Source: an uncultured Bacillota bacterium
Lineage (GTDB): Bacteria > Bacillota > Clostridia > Christensenellales > UBA1242
DNA length: 59,319 nucleotides
Assembly (NCBI GenBank): GCA_938034555.1
Contig: CALHLT010000019.1
Coordinates: 1-59,319, forward strand
Direction of reading: 5' to 3'
Under the pieces are notes generated by a model. It was not told the origin of the DNA. It did no database searches and saw only the letters and a list, made by a program, of their open reading frames with translations. The position numbers were made by a program, and so were the translations under genes. Positions 55,631-59,319 of this stretch are shown piece after piece; positions within the stretch are counted from its first letter, which is position 1; each line of letters begins with the position of its first letter.

Positions 55631-56404
55631 ATGGCGAATATTGTTTCTGTTACGGGGGTTAACACATCGCAACTTCCAAAACTTAAAAACGCAGACCTTA
55701 TGGAACTTTTAAGAAAAGTTAAGGCTGGCGACGAATTTGCGCGAGACGAGTTTATCATTGCGAATTTACGCCTTGTTTTAAGCGTTGTCCAGCGCTTTGG
55801 CGGCAATAAAGGAAAAGCGGACGACCTTTTTCAAGTTGGTTGCGTTGGGCTTATTAAAGCAATGGACAACTTCAACATGGATTTGAACGTTAAATTTTCA
55901 ACCTATGCCGTTCCAATGATAATTGGTGAAATTCGAAGATATCTTCGCGATAACACCCCTGTTCGAGTTACGCGAAGCTTGCGCGACACGGCATACCGCG
56001 CGCTTCAATCTCGCGAAAAACTTACAGCATCGCAAAACACCGACCCAACTCTCGACGAAATTGCCGAAGACATGAACGAAAGCGTTAAAACCGTTGCAAT
56101 TGCGCTTGATGCAATTTCCGACACTGTTTCTCTTTCCGACCCAATCTATTCAAGCAAAGGCGAAAGCATAAGGGTTATGGATCAAGTTGCCGATCCTAAA
56201 AATGATGTTGAAAGTCTTATTGAAAGGTTTGCTCTTCGCGAAGCGCTTTCAAACCTCTCCCCTCGCGAAAAAGAAATCATTATGCTTCGCTATTACATTG
56301 GAAAAACGCAAATGGAAGTTAGCGAAGAAATTGGAATTTCTCAAGCGCAAGTTAGCAGAATGGAGAAAAACGCGCTTGAAAACATTAGGAAAAACATCAC
56401 ATAA
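55631..56404 (+). CDS. sigG: Sporulation sigma factor SigG
   Basis: GVNTSQLPKLKN, NLRLVLSVVQRF, DDLFQVGCVGLIKAMDNF and VKFSTYAVPMIIGEIRRYLRDN match B. subtilis SigG rather than SigF. Confidence 0.9.
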   Translation: MANIVSVTGVNTSQLPKLKNADLMELLRKVKAGDEFARDEFIIANLRLVLSVVQRFGGNKGKADDLFQVGCVGLIKAMDNFNMDLNVKFSTYAVPMIIGEIRRYLRDNTPVRVTRSLRDTAYRALQSREKLTASQNTDPTLDEIAEDMNESVKTVAIALDAISDTVSLSDPIYSSKGESIRVMDQVADPKNDVESLIERFALREALSNLSPREKEIIMLRYYIGKTQMEVSEEIGISQAQVSRMEKNALENIRKNIT

Positions 56405-56406
56405 AA

Positions 56407-56427
56407 AAAACGGCTTAACGCCGTTTT
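56407..56427. terminator. Bidirectional terminator between sigG and the convergent 245-aa gene
   Basis: AAAACGGC ttaa GCCGTTTT with flanking A and T runs. Confidence 0.75.
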
Positions 56428-56429
56428 TA

Positions 56430-57167
56430 TTATTGTTCTTGACCAAGATTATATTTTTGTTCAATTTCATTTAAGAATTTTTCTGTTTTTGCCATTTCTC
56501 TTTCGCCATATTTTTGGTTAAAGAAATTTAAGTCTTTTTGATATGCAGCAATTGAGTTTAAGCAGTTAACAATTTTTGTGTCGGTTTTGTTTTCAAGTCT
56601 TTCTTGATAGGATTGAGTTTTTGCAAGTTTTTCAAGTTCCAATTTTCTTTCTTCAAGTTGGTCAATTTTTGCTTCGCAGAAATATGGTTGATAGAAGAAA
56701 TTTGAAAGAAGATTAACAAATTTCTCTGGGAAACTTTCGCTTGTTAAATTAAAGTTTGAATCGAAAGGACTTCCCGTTCCAATTGCTTGAGCAACATGCC
56801 CAAAATCACCGTCAACTTTAACATAGTTAAGTCCAATTCCGTTTTCTTTTGCATATGTCAAGAAAGTTTGCGCTGGGTGCGCTGGGTCATATTCAAAAAA
56901 GTTCATGTATTCGTCAATTTCATATTCGTTTTCTGTTAAGAACTTTTCAACATTTTCGCCGTGGATTTCGCTTTCGCAATTTCTTTTGAAAAATTCAACA
57001 AATCTGTTAAATTGCTCGCAATTAACGCCTTCTTGAAGATAGATTAATTCAACAACTGAATTATCTTCAACTTCGGTTTTTCTTGCCCAAACAATTTCGC
57101 TTCCTTTATAAAATTCAAGACCAACAAGTTGTTTTTCATTAAGCTTATTAAGCCATTTTGTGTTCAT
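56430..57167 (-). CDS. Hypothetical acidic 245-aa protein with a C-terminal coiled-coil
   Basis: SD AAAGGAGAAAAA and a strong promoter upstream. No family recognised. Confidence 0.6.
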   Translation of the reverse strand: MNTKWLNKLNEKQLVGLEFYKGSEIVWARKTEVEDNSVVELIYLQEGVNCEQFNRFVEFFKRNCESEIHGENVEKFLTENEYEIDEYMNFFEYDPAHPAQTFLTYAKENGIGLNYVKVDGDFGHVAQAIGTGSPFDSNFNLTSESFPEKFVNLLSNFFYQPYFCEAKIDQLEERKLELEKLAKTQSYQERLENKTDTKIVNCLNSIAAYQKDLNFFNQKYGEREMAKTEKFLNEIEQKYNLGQEQ

Positions 57168-57190
57168 TTTTTCTCCTTTAAACTTTGCCT

Positions 57191-57219
57191 ATCATATCAA
57201 AAAAAACGCGTCTTGTCAA
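57191..57219 (-). promoter_or_regulatory. Strong sigmaA promoter of the 245-aa gene
   Basis: On the minus strand, TTGACA, 17-nt spacer, TGaTATGAT. Confidence 0.6.
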
Positions 57220-57261
57220 GAAAATGCCAAAATTATAACCAAAGATCAATTTCAAAGCAAC

Positions 57262-57290
57262 AAAAAAAGCGATATATCCTATCGCTTTTT
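57262..57290 (-). terminator. Rho-independent terminator of lysS
   Basis: On the minus strand, AAGCGATA ggata TATCGCTT followed by TTTTTTG. Confidence 0.7.
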
Positions 57291-57308
57291 GTTTAATTTC
57301 ATAATGTT

Positions 57309-58793
57309 TTATTTCATGAGTGGGAACAAAACAACATCGCGAACCGAAGGTTGATTAAACATAACAACCATAAGACGGTCGAGCCCAAAACCAAGCCCAG
57401 AAATTGGAGGCATTCCGTGCTCCATCGAAAGCATAAAATCTTCGTCCAAATCCATTGCTTCGTCGTCCCCTTGACTTTTTGCTTTTGCTTGTTCTTCGAA
57501 AGTTTGGCGTTGAACAATTGGGTCAACAAGCTCGGAATATGCCTTGCAAAGTTCGCATCCAACTGCAAGAACTTGGAACATATCAATAAGACGATTGTCT
57601 TTGTCATTTCTTCTTGCAAGAGGAACAAGGCATGCTGGATAGTTATATAAAACTGTTGGTTGAACAAGGTCTTGGCGGATTTTGCGTTTATAGATGAAAT
57701 CGATAACTCCTCCGCAAGTTTTAATTCCGTCGAAATCATCTTCTTTGAAAAGTCCTGTTTCAACAACTTTTGAAATTAATTCTTTAACATCACTAATTCC
57801 AACAAAATCAAAACCTAAAATTTCGCGCATGGTTGCTGTGTAGTCAACTCTTTTCCATTCTGCGCCAAAGTCAAGTTCAATTCCTTGATATATAACTTTT
57901 GTTGTTCCAATAACTTCCGTTAAAAGGGAACGGATGAATTCTTGGAAAAATTTAATGTTATTTTCAAAGTTCCAATAAGAAGCATACCACTCGCACATTG
58001 TGAATTCTTGCAAATGTTGAGTGTCCATGCCTTCGTTCCTGAAAACTTTTCCCATTTCAAAAACGCGATCGAACCCGCCGCAAATAACCTGTTTCAAATA
58101 GGTTTCTGGCGCAATTCTAAGGTTGCACATTTTATTAAGCGCGTTATGTTTCGTGAAGAAAGGTTTTGCGCTTGCGCCGCAAACTGCGCTTTGAAGAATT
58201 GGAGTTTCAACTTCCATAAATCCATGGTCTGTTAAGAATTTACGAATGAAAGTCATTGCTTTGCTTCTTCCCATCATAACTTTTCGGCTTTCTTCGTTTG
58301 AAATAAGATCCAAATATCTTTGACGATATTTTTGTTCTTGGTCTGTAAGCCCGTGGAATTTTTCTGGAAGAGGGCGCATTGCTTTTGTTAAAAGGTCAAC
58401 TTTAAAAGCACGAACTGTAATTTCGCCAGTTTGAGTTGTGTAAATTTCGCCTGTTATTCCAACAAAATCGCCAATGTCAACAAGTTTTTTATAGAATTCG
58501 TAACTTTCTTCGTCAATTTCGTTGCGTCCAACGCTAACTTGAATTGATGCTTCAATGTCTTGAATTCTCAAAAACCCGAATTTTCCCATTATTCTTCTGA
58601 AAATAACACGCCCAGCAAGTTTAACTTTGCTTCCTTCAGGAAGACTTCTTGCTTCCAAAATGCTGTTTGTTTTTTCGAATTTATCAACATATGGAATAAC
58701 TCCATTTTCTTTCAAAAATTCAATTTTTGCGCGTCGAATATCAACTTCGCTTGAAAGTCCGTTTAATTTTTCATTTAATTTTGCGTAATCCAT
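57309..58793 (-). CDS. lysS: Lysyl-tRNA synthetase, class II
   Basis: OB-fold N-terminus, class II motifs (FRNEG, GLGFGLDRLMVV), 494 aa. Confidence 0.96.
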   Translation of the reverse strand: MDYAKLNEKLNGLSSEVDIRRAKIEFLKENGVIPYVDKFEKTNSILEARSLPEGSKVKLAGRVIFRRIMGKFGFLRIQDIEASIQVSVGRNEIDEESYEFYKKLVDIGDFVGITGEIYTTQTGEITVRAFKVDLLTKAMRPLPEKFHGLTDQEQKYRQRYLDLISNEESRKVMMGRSKAMTFIRKFLTDHGFMEVETPILQSAVCGASAKPFFTKHNALNKMCNLRIAPETYLKQVICGGFDRVFEMGKVFRNEGMDTQHLQEFTMCEWYASYWNFENNIKFFQEFIRSLLTEVIGTTKVIYQGIELDFGAEWKRVDYTATMREILGFDFVGISDVKELISKVVETGLFKEDDFDGIKTCGGVIDFIYKRKIRQDLVQPTVLYNYPACLVPLARRNDKDNRLIDMFQVLAVGCELCKAYSELVDPIVQRQTFEEQAKAKSQGDDEAMDLDEDFMLSMEHGMPPISGLGFGLDRLMVVMFNQPSVRDVVLFPLMK

Positions 58794-58813
58794 ATTTTCT
58801 CCTAACGGGAAAA

Positions 58814-58842
58814 ATTATATAAAAAACATGCCATAAAGTCAA
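58814..58842 (-). promoter_or_regulatory. Consensus sigmaA promoter of lysS (short leader, no T-box)
   Basis: On the minus strand, TTGACT, 17-nt spacer, TATAAT, 20 nt upstream of the ATG including SD AGGAG. Confidence 0.6.
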
Positions 58843-58884
58843 ACCTTTTGAATAAAATATATATAGAAAAAAGCGTAAAATATT

Positions 58885-58912
58885 TTGAATATCGTTTTTT
58901 TTATGATAAAAT
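58885..58912 (+). promoter_or_regulatory. sigmaA promoter of the HicB-like gene
   Basis: TTGAAT, 16-nt spacer, TGaTAAAAT. Confidence 0.5.
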
Positions 58913-58935
58913 CGTAGTTAGATTAGGAGTTGAAA

Positions 58936-59193
58936 ATGCATCAATATGTTTTCCCAGTTGTTTTCATGAAAGAAGAAGACGAAACTTATTCCGCCTTTGT
59001 TCCAGACCTTAATCTTTCGATCAATGGCGACACAATTGAAAAAACATTCTTGTTAATTCAAGATTACATAACTGTTTATTGCACATATGCGCAAAAAATT
59101 GGCGAAGAAGACAGCCTTGTTCCAACAAAATATGAAAAAATTGTTGAAACAAACAAAACAAGAACAGTTATGCTTGTTGACGCATACGCTTAA
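58936..59193 (+). CDS. HicB-like / UPF0150-family small protein (putative antitoxin fold) with no adjacent HicA
   Basis: MHQYVFPVVFMKEEDETYSAFVPDLNLSINGDTIEK matches the HicB N-terminal pattern (y.v.......g.y.a.vPDl.g....G.t.ee). The start is moved to ATG 58936 behind SD AGGAG. Confidence 0.6.
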   Translation: MHQYVFPVVFMKEEDETYSAFVPDLNLSINGDTIEKTFLLIQDYITVYCTYAQKIGEEDSLVPTKYEKIVETNKTRTVMLVDAYA

Positions 59194-59207
59194 TATTTCA
59201 AATATAA

Positions 59208-59239
59208 TAAAAACTCGCTTAAATCAAGCGAGTTTTTTT
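59208..59239. terminator. Bidirectional Rho-independent terminator
   Basis: AAACTCGCTT aaatca AAGCGAGTTT followed by TTTTG. Confidence 0.7.
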
Positions 59240-59249
59240 GATTTTAAAA

Positions 59250-59319
59250 TTAAAAGTTTTTTGGCTGTCCCGTTTTGGCTGCCCCGTCATTAAATTTGGA
59301 AAAACTTCTTTCCCTAAGC
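59250..59319 (-). CDS. Possible 3' end of a convergent minus-strand gene entering from beyond the window (...LRERSFSKFNDGAAKTGQPKNF)
   Basis: An open frame runs from the window edge to TAA at 59252..59250, just before the bidirectional terminator. It is too short to identify. Confidence 0.25.
   Translation of the reverse strand, partial: LRERSFSKFNDGAAKTGQPKNF

Overview
This is a chromosomal, mostly housekeeping segment of a low-GC, endospore-forming Firmicute (Clostridia-like). That call rests on a complete spoIIIAA-AH operon, sigG, a cwlD-like amidase and a SpoVB/MurJ-family flippase. Most genes are on the minus strand in tight, often overlapping operons.

Main operons and genes:
- dnaD-like, dnaI-like, trxB, glmM
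- ylxM, ffh, rpsP, KH protein, rimM
- asp23, nusB, xseA, xseB, proS
- ppdK
- dusB, hup, spoVB-like
- rimP, nusA, ylxR, infB, rbfA
- prfB, which needs a programmed +1 frameshift that the ORF track misses
- rpiB, M29 aminopeptidase, gap, alr, ung, recJ, hemZ-like
- spoIIIA operon, efp, nrnA, truB
- a tRNA-fMet/Met/Glu operon and a separate tRNA-Ser(CGA)
- an M20 peptidase, an ABC-2 exporter pair, sigG, lysS

I found no CRISPR array, transposase, integrase, rRNA or recognisable defence system.

Observations most worth follow-up:
1. A patchwork of direct, inverted and tandem repeats built from the 3' end of tRNA-Glu, its terminator and the 3' end of the neighbouring gene (49028..49526). It looks like an att-type scar or a decayed duplicated tRNA module.
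2. An uncharacterised, translationally coupled two-gene operon between ung and recJ (34330..36019).
3. A cysteine-bracketed, beta-rich protein behind a sigmaK-like promoter (27484..28137), a candidate spore-surface structural protein.
4. A consensus promoter, strong SD and 12-codon micro-ORF, followed by twin look-alike hairpins, upstream of the M20 peptidase (53221..53376).
5. Three genes whose -10 box abuts the start codon, suggesting leaderless mRNAs.
6. Three disrupted genes: a split recJ, a frameshifted EEP-family gene and a truncated ogt.

All family assignments come from reading motifs by eye. No database search was run.
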